A stretch of 64,000 bases of DNA from Tepidisphaera sp. (GCA_050916045.1 CP051526.1:2688001-2752000); one strand, 5' to 3'; numbered from the stretch's first letter, positions 9,831 to 19,616 are shown. Translations and numbers: made by a program. The notes: generated from the letters alone by a model not told the origin.

Positions 9831-11558
9831 TCAATCGACGCGGATGACGCGGACCTCGCGGGGGGTCAGTTCGCTGGCGGGCTTGTAGAGCGGGGCACCG
9901 AACTTGGCGACGGCGCGGCCGGCGATTTCGTCGAAGGCTTTGTTCGTCGCGTCGGCGAACCCGGCGGGGAGCTTGAGGCCGTAGGTTCGTTCGTGCTTGT
10001 CCCCGAGGTTGGCGACGATGAGGAACTTCTTCCCCTCGTGCTCGCGGGTGAAGGCGTAGACGCGCGGGGAACCGGCGTCGACGATCGCCATGGTGCCGAT
10101 GCTGAGGGCGGGGTTCTCGCGGCGGAGGCGGATGAGCTTCTTGTAGAGGTTGAGGAGGCTCTTGGGGTCCTTCTGCTGGGCGTCGACGTTCTTGCCGGGA
10201 GCGTCCTTGTTGACGGCTCGCCAGGGGTCGGTGGCGGTGGTGAATCCGGCGTTCTTCCCGCTTGTCCACTGCATGGGCGTGCGGAGGTCCTCGTCGGGCT
10301 TCTTGCCGGTCATGCCGATCTCCTCGCCGAAGTAGACGAAGGGGATGCCGGGGCTGGTGAGGAGGAGGGTCGCGGCGAGTTTGGCTTTGGCCCAGGCGGC
10401 GTCGGGCGTGGCGCGGGAGGCTGCGTCGCCGCCGCCGAAGCGGGACATGACGCGTTCCTGATCGTGGTTGCTCAGGAAGGTCGAGTACTGACCCCGGGGG
10501 TACTGCGAGAGGTTGACCTCCCACTGCTTGTCGAGCTTGTCGCGGAGGCCGTCGTTGATGGCGTCGATGGTCGCGTAAGCGGTGTGGAACTCAAAGCAGG
10601 AGTCGAGCTCATTCCCGATGTACGGGATGACCTGGGCGGTCTCGGCCCAGACCTCGCCGACGGTGAACGCGTTGGCGTTGACGCCCTTGTAGAAGGAGTG
10701 GAACCCCTTGAGCCACGCGTGCGTGGACTGGGTGCTTTCCTGAAGCTGCTCTTCTTCGATCAGGTGGCGGATCGCGTCGATGCGATAGCCGTCGACGCCG
10801 CCGTTCTCCGGGAGCATCCAGAAGCGGACGACGTCGTTCATCGCGGCGGTGACGGCGGGGTTGCGGAAGTTGAGGTCGGGCATTCCCTTGTAGAAGATGC
10901 CGTAGTAGTACGAGCCGGGCTCACCCTCACCTTGCTTGGGCCACGGATGCCAGACCTCCTGATTCCAGGGACCCTTCCACACGGGCTTGACGGTCTGCCA
11001 GACGAACCAGTCGCGGGTGGGGCTGTTGGGCTTGACGGCGTCCTTGAACCATGGGTGGTCCCAGGAGCAGTGGTTGGGGACCAGGTCGAGGATGACGCGG
11101 ATGTTGCGGCGCTTGGCTTCGGCCATGAAGCGTTTGAAGCTGGCGTTGTCGCCGAACTCTCGGTCGATGGCTTTGTAGTCGGCGATGTCGTAGCCGTGGT
11201 AGCTGGGCGACTCCATGATGGGCATGAGCCAGATGGCGTTGACGCCCAGGTCTGTCGTGGAGTTGGGATCGCCGTCGTTGAGGTAGTCGAGGCGTTCGAT
11301 GAGCCCGTCGAAATCGCCGATGCCGTCGCCCGCGAGCGGCCCCTTAGTCGAGTCGGCGAAGGAGCGGACGAAGATCTGGTAGAAGACGGCTTGGTTCCAC
11401 CACTTGCTGAGGTCGGGCTCGAACTTCGGGCCCACGGGACCGACGGGCTGTTGGGGCGTCGGCGCGGTGGCGGAGGGGTTGGTGGTCGCCTGGCCCTGAG
11501 CGAGGGAAGCGAACGCGAAGGAAGCGACGGCGGCGGAAGTGTGGTGTTTGCGGCGCAT
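9831..11558 (-). CDS. Secreted GH13 alpha-amylase family glycoside hydrolase
   Basis: FYQIFVRSF, SYHGYD, DLVPNH, DGYRIDAIRH, VGEVW, FLSNHD; signal peptide from ATG 11558. Confidence 0.9.
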   Translation of the reverse strand: MRRKHHTSAAVASFAFASLAQGQATTNPSATAPTPQQPVGPVGPKFEPDLSKWWNQAVFYQIFVRSFADSTKGPLAGDGIGDFDGLIERLDYLNDGDPNSTTDLGVNAIWLMPIMESPSYHGYDIADYKAIDREFGDNASFKRFMAEAKRRNIRVILDLVPNHCSWDHPWFKDAVKPNSPTRDWFVWQTVKPVWKGPWNQEVWHPWPKQGEGEPGSYYYGIFYKGMPDLNFRNPAVTAAMNDVVRFWMLPENGGVDGYRIDAIRHLIEEEQLQESTQSTHAWLKGFHSFYKGVNANAFTVGEVWAETAQVIPYIGNELDSCFEFHTAYATIDAINDGLRDKLDKQWEVNLSQYPRGQYSTFLSNHDQERVMSRFGGGDAASRATPDAAWAKAKLAATLLLTSPGIPFVYFGEEIGMTGKKPDEDLRTPMQWTSGKNAGFTTATDPWRAVNKDAPGKNVDAQQKDPKSLLNLYKKLIRLRRENPALSIGTMAIVDAGSPRVYAFTREHEGKKFLIVANLGDKHERTYGLKLPAGFADATNKAFDEIAGRAVAKFGAPLYKPASELTPREVRVIRVD

Positions 11559-11681
11559 GCGGACTCCTGCGGGGGCCGAAGAGAATCGGGCGGTCTGGAA
11601 ATCCGAGAAGACGGTAGGGCGGACGCCCCGGAACGGGCACCGAGCGACATTCGCGCGTGGAGTTTGCAGGCCGGAGTGCAT

Positions 11682-11697
11682 ATCAATACCCATCGAT
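11682..11697. promoter_or_regulatory. Putative ArsR operator overlapping the ArsR start codon
   Basis: ATCAA-N6-TCGAT imperfect palindrome; similar sites at 12132 and 12156. Confidence 0.45.
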
Positions 11698-12067
11698 GCG
11701 TGACGCAGACTTTGTCAAGGTGGCGAAGGCCCTCGCGGACCCGACGCGGTTCCGTATGCTGCAGGAAATCCGCAGCAAGGGATCGCTCAACTGCTCGCAG
11801 GTCTGCAACTGTTTCCCCCTCAGCCAGCCGACGATCTCGCACCACATCAAGACGCTTGAAGCAGCGGGTCTGATCACCGTCCGCAAGGAAGGGCAGTACC
11901 ACGTGCTCACGGCGTGCGAAGCGAGGCTGAACGCGTTCACGCGGGCGGTCGAGGGCGAGGAACCGGTCACCGCGAACGCATCCCAAACCGCGAGCGAGGA
12001 AACGCCGGCCAAGGCACGAAAGCCAAAGGCCACGGCGACGCGGAAGGCCCGGAAAGCCTCGACCTGA
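11696..12067 (+). CDS. ArsR/SmtB family transcriptional regulator
   Basis: KALADPTRFRML..LSQPTISHHIKTLEAAGLI. Confidence 0.9.
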   Translation: MRDADFVKVAKALADPTRFRMLQEIRSKGSLNCSQVCNCFPLSQPTISHHIKTLEAAGLITVRKEGQYHVLTACEARLNAFTRAVEGEEPVTANASQTASEETPAKARKPKATATRKARKAST

Positions 12068-12131
12068 ACGGGTTTGCGCTTCCCCTCACGCTTTATCGAA
12101 GATTTTTCCGCGCCGGGCTTGAACCAATCGC

Positions 12132-12171
12132 ATCGATGGGCATCAATATACTCGTATTGATGAGCGTCGAT
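12132..12171. promoter_or_regulatory. Tandem putative ArsR boxes upstream of the reductase cluster
   Basis: atcga-tgggca-tcaat (12132-12147) and attga-tgagcg-tcgat (12156-12171) in an AT-richer patch. Confidence 0.45.
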
Positions 12172-12209
12172 ACATTTAAGACGCGGGGCGGGGTCCAGGG
12201 AGTCTGAAC

Positions 12210-12461
12210 GTGGGCAAGCTTGAAGGCAGAACGATCCTGATCACCGGGGGCACCAGCGGCATCGGGCGGGCGACGGCTCTGGATCTCGCGAGCCGCGGCG
12301 CGAACGTGGTCATCACGGGGCGGCGGGCCTCCGAGGGTGAGAGCACGGTCGCGGACCTTCGCCGGGTCGGCGCGAAAGCCGAGTTTGTGCGCGGGGATGT
12401 GACCGACGAAGAGCACCTGCGGCAAGCCGTGAAGGTAGATGGCGGGTTTACGAGTCAGTGA
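12210..12461 (+). pseudogene. Internally deleted short-chain dehydrogenase (SDR)
   Basis: TGGTSGIG Rossmann N-terminus joined directly to the SDR C-terminal VDGGFT motif; NNAG and YxxxK missing. Confidence 0.8.
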
Positions 12462-12487
12462 GCGGGTGGCCGGATCGGGAGCTGAAC

Positions 12488-12769
12488 ATGTCGGTCATTT
12501 ATCGAGCATTCAAGGGTCTGGCGGCGGGTGCGGCGGCGCTGTCCGCGGCAAACGCGGCGGCGATCGACCTTGCGGCGTTCGCCGGAGCCGGCGGCGACCT
12601 CACGCCCGAGCCGGCGTGCCGGTGCGTGACAGATGAAGAAAAGCGGGCGTGCATCCGGGGGGCGGGTTGGACGGAAGCGGACGGGTCAGATGAAGATTCG
12701 GCGGAGATCGCCGAAGGGGCGGCTTTGGAGGAGATCCATTGGCCTGTCCTTGCCTTACGCTCAGAGTGA
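12488..12769 (+). CDS. Hypothetical protein
   Basis: ORF co-oriented within the cluster, with an upstream GGAG; no recognisable motif. Confidence 0.35.
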   Translation: MSVIYRAFKGLAAGAAALSAANAAAIDLAAFAGAGGDLTPEPACRCVTDEEKRACIRGAGWTEADGSDEDSAEIAEGAALEEIHWPVLALRSE

Positions 12770-12811
12770 TGAGGCGGCGGGAACTTGAACACCGGAACCA
12801 GGAGAAGACAC

Positions 12812-13537
12812 ATGGCGACGATCGCGCTGATCACGGGCGGGAACAAGGGCATCGGATTTGAGACGGCACGGCAGCTTGGGAAGAAGGGGATCACGGTGCT
12901 GATCGGGGCCCGCGATGAACAGCGCGGACTGGCGGCGGTCGAGACGCTCCGCAAGGAGGGGATCGCGGCCAAGTGGGTCGCCCTTGAGGTCACGGATGCG
13001 GCGTCGATCAAGAAAGCCGTCGAACAGGTCTCGAGCGAATTCGGCGTGCTGGACATCCTCGTGAACAACGCGGGCTGGCTCGACTACGCGAGCGAGGGGA
13101 TCGCCTCGACGGTCTCCATCGAAACGCTTCGCAAGACGTTCGACATCAACTACTTCGGTCTGGTCGCGGTGACGCAGGCGTTCCTGCCGCTGATCCGAAA
13201 GAGCAAAGCCGGGCGGATCGTGAACCTCACGAGCATCCTGGGCAGCATCGCCGAGCACGCCGACCCCAACAGCCCGATCTACGGCGCGAAGTTCCTCGCG
13301 TACGACAGCAGCAAAGCGGCCGTGAACATGTTCACGAACCACCTCGCGCACGAGCTCAAGGGCGCGCCGATCAAGGTCAACGCGGCCCACCCGGGCTGGG
13401 TCAAGACCGACCTGGGCGGCGAGCAGGCGCCGATGGAGGTCGTGGATGGTGCGAAGACGAGCGTCGAACTCGCGACGCTTCCGGAGAACGGGCCCAGCGG
13501 TGGTTTCTTCCACATGGGCGTGCACATGCGTTGGTGA
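12812..13537 (+). CDS. SDR family oxidoreductase (carbonyl-reductase-like)
   Basis: TGGNKGIG, NNAG, YDSSK, HPGWVKTD. Confidence 0.92.
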   Translation: MATIALITGGNKGIGFETARQLGKKGITVLIGARDEQRGLAAVETLRKEGIAAKWVALEVTDAASIKKAVEQVSSEFGVLDILVNNAGWLDYASEGIASTVSIETLRKTFDINYFGLVAVTQAFLPLIRKSKAGRIVNLTSILGSIAEHADPNSPIYGAKFLAYDSSKAAVNMFTNHLAHELKGAPIKVNAAHPGWVKTDLGGEQAPMEVVDGAKTSVELATLPENGPSGGFFHMGVHMRW

Positions 13538-13554
13538 TCGGAGGACTTTCGACG

Positions 13555-14661
13555 ATGCCCACGCTTCAGACTCCCATCAAGATCGGCCCGCTGACGGCGC
13601 GGAACCGCGTGTTCATGGCGCCGCTCACGCGTTCGCGGGGCGACGATCACGAGGTGCCGACGGATCTGGTCGTCGAGCACTACCGGCAGCGCGCTTCGGC
13701 GGGCCTGATCATCTCGGAGGCGTCGCCGATCTCGCCGCAGGGGCGGGGATATCCGTGGACGCCGGGGCTTTTCTCTCCCGAGCAGGTCCGCGGGTGGAAA
13801 GCGGTGACGGACGCGGTTCATGCCGAGGGCGGGATGATGTTCGCTCAGCTCTGGCACGTGGGTCGGATCTCGCATCCGGACTTTCAGCCCGACGGCGGGC
13901 TCCCGGTCGCGCCCTCGGCGATTGATCCGAGCGGGGAAGCACGCACGCCGACGGGCCTCAAGCCGCGTGTCGCACCGCGGGCCCTCGACATCGGCGAGAT
14001 TCCGGGGATCATGGAGGACTACCGCCGCGCGGCGGCCAACGCGAAAGGCGCGGGATTCGACGGCGTTGAGCTTCATGGAGCCAACGGGTACCTGCCCGAC
14101 CAGTTCCTGCGGGATTCGACCAACCATCGCACCGATCGATACGGCGGTTCGATCTCCAACCGGGCCCGGTTCATGCTCGAAGCGGCTCAGGTGTGCATCG
14201 ATGTCTGGGGCGCGTCGCGGGTCGGAGTCAGACTGAATCCGTCGATCATCACGCCGGGGATGACGGATTCGACGCCGCGCGAGACCTTCGGGCACGTGGT
14301 GCGCGAGCTTGGCAAGCTTGGCGTCGCATACCTGCACATCATGGAGCGTGTCTCGTACGACCTCACGCCGCCGAGCGACGAGGGGAACATCAACGTCGGG
14401 TACTTCCGGCCGATGTACGACGGGGTGCTGATCGCGAATTCCGGGTTCGATCTTCAGAAGTCGCAGCGATATCTGGACAACGGCTGGGCGGACGCGATCG
14501 CGTTTGGCCGGCCTTTCATCGCGAACCCGGATCTGCCCGAGCGGCTCCGCAGGCAGGCATCGGGGGAGCCGGTGACCTTTAACGAGCCGGACCGGTCGAC
14601 GTTCTACACTCGGGGTGCCAAGGGGTACACGGACTACCCCCCACTCTCGCCCCGGGGCTGA
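13555..14661 (+). CDS. Old Yellow Enzyme alkene reductase (NemA-like)
   Basis: MAPLTRSR, QLWHVGR, ELHGANGYL, FGRPFIANPDL, GYTDYP. Confidence 0.92.
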   Translation: MPTLQTPIKIGPLTARNRVFMAPLTRSRGDDHEVPTDLVVEHYRQRASAGLIISEASPISPQGRGYPWTPGLFSPEQVRGWKAVTDAVHAEGGMMFAQLWHVGRISHPDFQPDGGLPVAPSAIDPSGEARTPTGLKPRVAPRALDIGEIPGIMEDYRRAAANAKGAGFDGVELHGANGYLPDQFLRDSTNHRTDRYGGSISNRARFMLEAAQVCIDVWGASRVGVRLNPSIITPGMTDSTPRETFGHVVRELGKLGVAYLHIMERVSYDLTPPSDEGNINVGYFRPMYDGVLIANSGFDLQKSQRYLDNGWADAIAFGRPFIANPDLPERLRRQASGEPVTFNEPDRSTFYTRGAKGYTDYPPLSPRG

Positions 14662-14689
14662 AACCCTCGATTGACCAAAGGAGCTTGCG

Positions 14690-15700
14690 ATGCACGATGC
14701 GACCCTTTCGCGCCGGACCATGTTCAAAGCGGCGGGCCTCGGAGCCGCTGCCGCCTTCGCCGGCAACACGTACGCCACGACGCTTTCGGGCAAACCGATG
14801 CCGCTGATCGACGATGCCCCCAAGAGCAACGCTGGCAAGCAGGGAGCCGGGTTCTACCGGTTCAGCGTCGGCACCATCGAGGGCACGGTGCTGACGGCCG
14901 GTTCGTTCACCATTCCCAACCCGCACCCGACGATCGCTCCCGAAGCGTCGAAAGAGGACTTCGTCAAGGCGATGGAGGGAGCTCTCCACCCTGCGGACAA
15001 GGCTTCGCTTGAGATCAACCCCACGGTCTTCAAGATCGGATCCGAGCTGGTCCTCGTCGATTCGGGCGGTGACAACCTGCGAGCGGTCGACAACCTCCGC
15101 GCGGCGGGCATGAAGCCCGAGCAGATCACCGCGGTCATCATCACCCACGCGCACGGCGACCACATCGGCGGCACCCTCACCAAGGACGGCTCGCCGGTCT
15201 ATCCCAACGCCAAGGTCTTCCTGGGCAAAGCCGAGCACGACTTCTGGAGCGGCCCGGCCGACATGCCCAACTCGCGCATGCCCGTCGACAACCGCAAGGG
15301 CATGGCCGATGGCGCGAGAAAGTGGATCGCCTCGATGAAGGGCCGCTTGGAGCTCGTCAAGCCCGGGGACAAGATCCTCAGCGGTCTCGAGATCGTCGAC
15401 GGCTCGGGCCACACGCCCGGCCACCTCTGCATCTCCGTGACCAGCGGCAGCGAGAAGGTCTTCCTCCTCGCCGATCTGGTCCATCACCCTGTCGCGATGT
15501 TCCACAACCCCGACTGGACGATCGGTTTCGACGCCGACCCCAAAGCCGCGGCCGCCGCTCGCAAGCGGATCTTCCCGATGCTCGCGTCCGACAAAGCCCG
15601 AGTCCTCGCGTACCACCTGCCGTGGCCGGGCTTTGGACGCGTCGGCAAGCATGGCGACGCCTACTGGTGGGCGCCCGAAGCGTGGAACTGGGGCGAGTAA
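14690..15700 (+). CDS. Tat-exported MBL-fold metallo-hydrolase
   Basis: SRRTMFK twin-arginine signal; THAHGDH, GHTPGH, ADLVH. Confidence 0.88.
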   Translation: MHDATLSRRTMFKAAGLGAAAAFAGNTYATTLSGKPMPLIDDAPKSNAGKQGAGFYRFSVGTIEGTVLTAGSFTIPNPHPTIAPEASKEDFVKAMEGALHPADKASLEINPTVFKIGSELVLVDSGGDNLRAVDNLRAAGMKPEQITAVIITHAHGDHIGGTLTKDGSPVYPNAKVFLGKAEHDFWSGPADMPNSRMPVDNRKGMADGARKWIASMKGRLELVKPGDKILSGLEIVDGSGHTPGHLCISVTSGSEKVFLLADLVHHPVAMFHNPDWTIGFDADPKAAAAARKRIFPMLASDKARVLAYHLPWPGFGRVGKHGDAYWWAPEAWNWGE

Positions 15701-15737
15701 ACCCGTCCGCGACTGCGAAAGTGAAGAACGCACGCTC

Positions 15738-15765
15738 AAGACCATCCTCACGGATGGTCTTTTTC
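15738..15765 (+). terminator. Intrinsic terminator
   Basis: aagaccatcc/ggatggtctt stem followed by T run. Confidence 0.65.
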
Positions 15766-15779
15766 GCTGGGCGGTCCGG

Positions 15780-16358
15780 TCAGCGCTCGAGGATCGCTTC
15801 GGCGCTGAGCACTGGGCCGTTGTCCGGCTGGGTGAGGGTGGCTTGGATCAACGTACGGCCGCGAACGACGTCCGCTCCCTCGCTCCCGCCGACCCACGCC
15901 GGCACGCCGGTGAGCTGCATGCGATACGTCCGCGTCGCGAGATCGAACATCGAAGCGTTCGTCCGCAGATCGGAAAGATCGATGTCCCATCGCGTCGAAC
16001 CATCGGCCGCCGGAGCTGGCATCGAGTCTGTTCCGACGCTCGACGGACGCTGGCGAACGATCCGGAGCATCAAGGAGCCGAGCCCCTTCGTCGAATCGCC
16101 CCAGGCGTCGCGCATCTCAAGATGGATCACGACCTCGAGCGGCGAGTCCTTCCCCCCCACCGTCCGCGTGAGGGGATGGATCCGGATGGATGCGGGGGCA
16201 AAGGGGTTGGTCGCCGCTTGCGCCGCCCCACCCCCACCGCCACTCCCGCTCCCGCGGATCGGGCCGGGCTTGGCGGGGTCGGAAGAGGACATCCACGAGC
16301 ATCCTCCGAGGAGGGACGCCGCGGCCATGCTGAGCAGGATCGACGAGATTCGCGCCAT
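15780..16358 (-). CDS. Hypothetical lipoprotein
   Basis: Signal peptide ending in LLGGC lipobox, then a Gly/Ser linker. Confidence 0.7.
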   Translation of the reverse strand: MARISSILLSMAAASLLGGCSWMSSSDPAKPGPIRGSGSGGGGGAAQAATNPFAPASIRIHPLTRTVGGKDSPLEVVIHLEMRDAWGDSTKGLGSLMLRIVRQRPSSVGTDSMPAPAADGSTRWDIDLSDLRTNASMFDLATRTYRMQLTGVPAWVGGSEGADVVRGRTLIQATLTQPDNGPVLSAEAILER

Positions 16359-16417
16359 CTGGCCCTGAGTCTACCGGCCCGAGGCGAACCCGGCCGCTCG
16401 AACGGGCGTATGCTTAC

Positions 16418-16433
16418 TGAGAGTGCATTCTCA
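16418..16433. promoter_or_regulatory. Putative Fur/Zur-family operator before the metal ABC operon
   Basis: TGAGA-gtgcat-TCTCA palindrome directly upstream of the GGAGG RBS. Confidence 0.45.
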
Positions 16434-16447
16434 TTGGAGGGTTCCGC

Positions 16448-17491
16448 ATGGTTCGCCGTGGGCTTTGGGTACTCGTCGGCCTTTCCTTGATCCTGTCTCT
16501 TGGCTTGGTGCCGGCGTGCACCGGGAAGAAAGGCCGCGCCCCTGGCCCGGTCCGCGCGGTGGTCACGATCGCGCCCCTCGCGGGGCTGGTCAAGCCGCTG
16601 CTCCCCCCGTCGGCCGATATCAAGATCCTCATGGCTCCCGGCCGAAGCGAGCACGGCGAGGAGTTCACCGCCGACGACCTCGCCCACTTCGCGAAAGCGG
16701 ATCTGGTGGTGCTCGTGGGCATGTCCCTCGAGCCCAAGGTCGAGGCTTTCCTCAAGGAACACCCCGACGCGAATCGGCAGGTCGTGAACTTCGCCGAAGC
16801 CGTCGGCATCTCCGCTGAGCACGACCACGCTCACGATCATGATCACGACCATGAGCACTGCGATCACTCCGGCGGCGACCCGCACCTCTGGCTCGACCCC
16901 GTCCTCGTTGCCCAGGTCGTTCCGTCCATCAGCAAAGCCGCCGCCGCGGCGGTCCAGCTCGCCGGTCCCACCTCCAGCACCGATGGAAAGATCGACGCCG
17001 CCGCTTCGCAAACCTGGACCAAGGTGCAGCTCCCCGCCGCCGAAACCGAGCTCCTCGCTCAGGTGCTCAAGATCGACGACGAGTACCGCGAAGCTCTCAA
17101 GCCGCACGCCGGCAAGGGCATCGTGACCCACCACGCCGCGTGGGGACGCCTCGCCGAACGCTACGGCCTTAAGGTCGCCGAGGTCCTCCGCCCGGTCGAA
17201 AGCGTCGAGCCCGACGCGGCCCACACCGCCACCGTCATCGAAGCAGTGAAGGCTTCGGGCACCGGCGTCATCTTCATCGAGCCCGCGTACGACCGCCGCT
17301 CCGCCGATCGCATCGCGCAAGCTTCCGGATCCCGCCTCGTCACGATCGACCCGCTCGGCACCGGCGACTGGGCCGGCATGATGCGGGCGAACCTCGCGGG
17401 GTTCCTCGACGCCTTCGGCGGCGCGAGTGCCGCTTCCCCCGCCCCCACTCCGACTCCCGCCCCCACTCCCGCTCCGGTCGGGGGCAACTAG
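16448..17491 (+). CDS. znuA: Zn/Mn ABC transporter substrate-binding protein (ZnuA-like)
   Basis: Lipoprotein-like signal, PGRSEH, His-rich loop HDHAHDHDHDHEHCDH, DPHLWLDP. Confidence 0.85.
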   Translation: MVRRGLWVLVGLSLILSLGLVPACTGKKGRAPGPVRAVVTIAPLAGLVKPLLPPSADIKILMAPGRSEHGEEFTADDLAHFAKADLVVLVGMSLEPKVEAFLKEHPDANRQVVNFAEAVGISAEHDHAHDHDHDHEHCDHSGGDPHLWLDPVLVAQVVPSISKAAAAAVQLAGPTSSTDGKIDAAASQTWTKVQLPAAETELLAQVLKIDDEYREALKPHAGKGIVTHHAAWGRLAERYGLKVAEVLRPVESVEPDAAHTATVIEAVKASGTGVIFIEPAYDRRSADRIAQASGSRLVTIDPLGTGDWAGMMRANLAGFLDAFGGASAASPAPTPTPAPTPAPVGGN

Positions 17492-17497
17492 ACTGGG

Positions 17498-18406
17498 ATG
17501 ATGAAGGAGCCCAAGCAGGACGTCGCGGTGGTGTACGAAAGCGTGTCGTACGCCTATCCGCACGCGCCCGCCGACCAGGGCCGCGCCTCGCGCCAGGGCG
17601 TCGCGGTCGAGAGCCTGACCTTCACCGTGCGGGCGGGCGAACGCCTCGGCATCCTCGGGCCCAACGGCGGCGGCAAGAGCACACTCCTGCGCCTCACGCT
17701 GGGAATGATGGAGCCCACCTCCGGCAAGATCTCCGTCTTCGGCGTTTCTCCCCGCGAAGCACGCCGGGCCCGCCTCGTCGGCTACGTCCCCCAGCGGAGC
17801 GAAGCCGAGACCGCGTTCCCCCTCTGCGTCCGCGAGGTGGTCACCATGGCCGCGACCGTCGGCCTCTCGCCCTGGCGGAGCGTCTCGACCGAAGCCAAAG
17901 CCCACGTCGGCCGCTGCCTCGCGCTCGTCGGTGCCGAAGACCTCGCCGAGCGGCACATCGGCGGCTTGTCCGGCGGGCAGATGCAGCGGGTCCTGATGGC
18001 CCGGGCCCTCGCGGCTTCGCCCAAGCTCCTCCTGCTCGACGAACCCACCGTCGGGATCGACGCGTCCGGCCAGAAGCAGTTCGCCGAGATGCTCCAGCGC
18101 GTGCAGAGCGAGCTCGGCGTCACCGTCATCATCGTGAGCCACGACCTCCGCACCGTCGCCGCCGGCTGCGACCGCGTCGCATGCCTGAGCAGGACGCTCC
18201 ACTTCCACGCGGCCCCGGCCGGGCTCACACCCGCCGTGCTCGCCGAGGTCTTCCGGCACGATGTCTCGGCGATCTTCGGCGACATCCACATCGACGCCCA
18301 CCAGGCCGCCGGCTGCTCAGGGCATCACCATGCTCCATCCGAACCCATCACCCTGAGCGTGAGCGACGTTTCGCGCCGCGCCGCGAAGGGCGGTGACCGC
18401 CCGTGA
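17498..18406 (+). CDS. znuC: Metal ABC transporter ATPase (ZnuC-like)
   Basis: GPNGGGKST, LSGGQMQR, LLLDEP, SHDL; His-rich tail. Confidence 0.85.
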   Translation: MMKEPKQDVAVVYESVSYAYPHAPADQGRASRQGVAVESLTFTVRAGERLGILGPNGGGKSTLLRLTLGMMEPTSGKISVFGVSPREARRARLVGYVPQRSEAETAFPLCVREVVTMAATVGLSPWRSVSTEAKAHVGRCLALVGAEDLAERHIGGLSGGQMQRVLMARALAASPKLLLLDEPTVGIDASGQKQFAEMLQRVQSELGVTVIIVSHDLRTVAAGCDRVACLSRTLHFHAAPAGLTPAVLAEVFRHDVSAIFGDIHIDAHQAAGCSGHHHAPSEPITLSVSDVSRRAAKGGDRP

Positions 18407-18416
18407 GAACCCCCAC

Positions 18417-19313
18417 GTGAGAACCCTCGAGTTCCTCCGCGACTATCCCTCGGTCTTCTGGCCGCCGGTGCTCGGGGCGGTCTGCCTCGCGCTCCTCTGC
18501 GCCTGGCTGAGCGTCCTCGTCGTGCTCAAGCGCCTCGCGTTCATCGGCCAGGGGATCAGCCACGCCGGCTTCGGCGGGATCGGCCTTGCGGCGGTGCTCG
18601 GGCTTGCCTCCACGGCGGCGGCGTCGACGCCGATGGGAGCCGTCGCGCAGTTCGGCGTGGTGCTGGCGTTCTGCGTCGCGGCTTCGCTCCTCGTCGGGTT
18701 TCTCTCAACGCCCGAGGGTTCCTCGCGGCGGGGCGGGGCGGCGGGCGGCGGGGGCGGCACCCACGAGGACACGGCGATCGGGATCGTGCTCGTGGCGTCG
18801 ATGGCTTTGGGCTCGATCCTCGTCCGGCGGTTCGCTCCGACCTTCCGCTGGGAGGATTTCCTCTTCGGCTACCTCATGAACACCGGCTGGGCGGACGCGA
18901 TGGTCGCGGCGGGGGTCACGGCCTTGACGCTCGCGTCGCTCTGGTGGGCCCGGCGGCCGATCACGTTCTGGGCGTTTGATGAGCCCGCGGCCGAAGCGTT
19001 CGGCGTGCGGAGCCGCTGGGTGCGGATCATCATCATGACGATGCTCGCCCTCGCGACCGTCACCGCGATGCGGCTCGCGGGCGTTGTGCTCGCCTCGGCC
19101 CTCCTCATCCTGCCGGGCGCAATCGCCCTCAAGCTGAGCGTGCGGTCCGGGGCGGTCCTCATCATCAGCCTCATCGCGGCCCTCGCCGGCGTGCTGGGCG
19201 GGATCGTGCTGGGGTTTGAACTGAGCTGGCCCCCGGGCCCGAGCATCGTGGCGGTGCTGACCGCGCTCTTCGCGGCGGCGTCGCTGGGACGGGGGTTGCT
19301 GGCGCGGGGTTGA
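18417..19313 (+). CDS. znuB: Metal ABC transporter permease (ZnuB-like)
   Basis: AFIGQGISHAGFGG, FLFG, FDEPAAEAFG; alternative GTG start at 18393. Confidence 0.85.
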   Translation: MRTLEFLRDYPSVFWPPVLGAVCLALLCAWLSVLVVLKRLAFIGQGISHAGFGGIGLAAVLGLASTAAASTPMGAVAQFGVVLAFCVAASLLVGFLSTPEGSSRRGGAAGGGGGTHEDTAIGIVLVASMALGSILVRRFAPTFRWEDFLFGYLMNTGWADAMVAAGVTALTLASLWWARRPITFWAFDEPAAEAFGVRSRWVRIIIMTMLALATVTAMRLAGVVLASALLILPGAIALKLSVRSGAVLIISLIAALAGVLGGIVLGFELSWPPGPSIVAVLTALFAAASLGRGLLARG

Positions 19314-19387
19314 TGGGACGGGCTTGATGAGGGGTGGTGATGGGGGGCGTTGCTGGGAGGGGGTGATGGGGAGGGATAATCTCCTCC

Positions 19388-19576
19388 ATGAAACCCGAAA
19401 CCCTGCTCGCGGAACTCAACCGCCTCCGCAAAGACCTGCCCGAGGACAAGTCCGACCTCGAATGGCTGACGCTCCACCACGCCTTCGCGTTCATCAGCTA
19501 CAAGATGACGGACTTCCGCAAGTACGTGGAGGAGCAGGACAAAGCCGGCGCGTTCGACGAAGCGGAAGAGGGGTGA
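19388..19576 (+). CDS. Small hypothetical protein (62 aa)
   Basis: Host-like codon usage (G/C-ending codons), plausible helical sequence. Confidence 0.65.
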   Translation: MKPETLLAELNRLRKDLPEDKSDLEWLTLHHAFAFISYKMTDFRKYVEEQDKAGAFDEAEEG

Positions 19577-19615
19577 GGGGGTGTGGGGGTGTGGGGGTGA
19601 GAGGGTGCGGGGGTG
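19570..19615 (+). repeat. G-rich short tandem repeats (about 8-mer gggggtgt)
   Basis: Six G-runs in 45 bp; mirrored by C-rich tracts at 21101-21145 and 21212-21245. Confidence 0.7.
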
Positions 19616-19616
19616 C

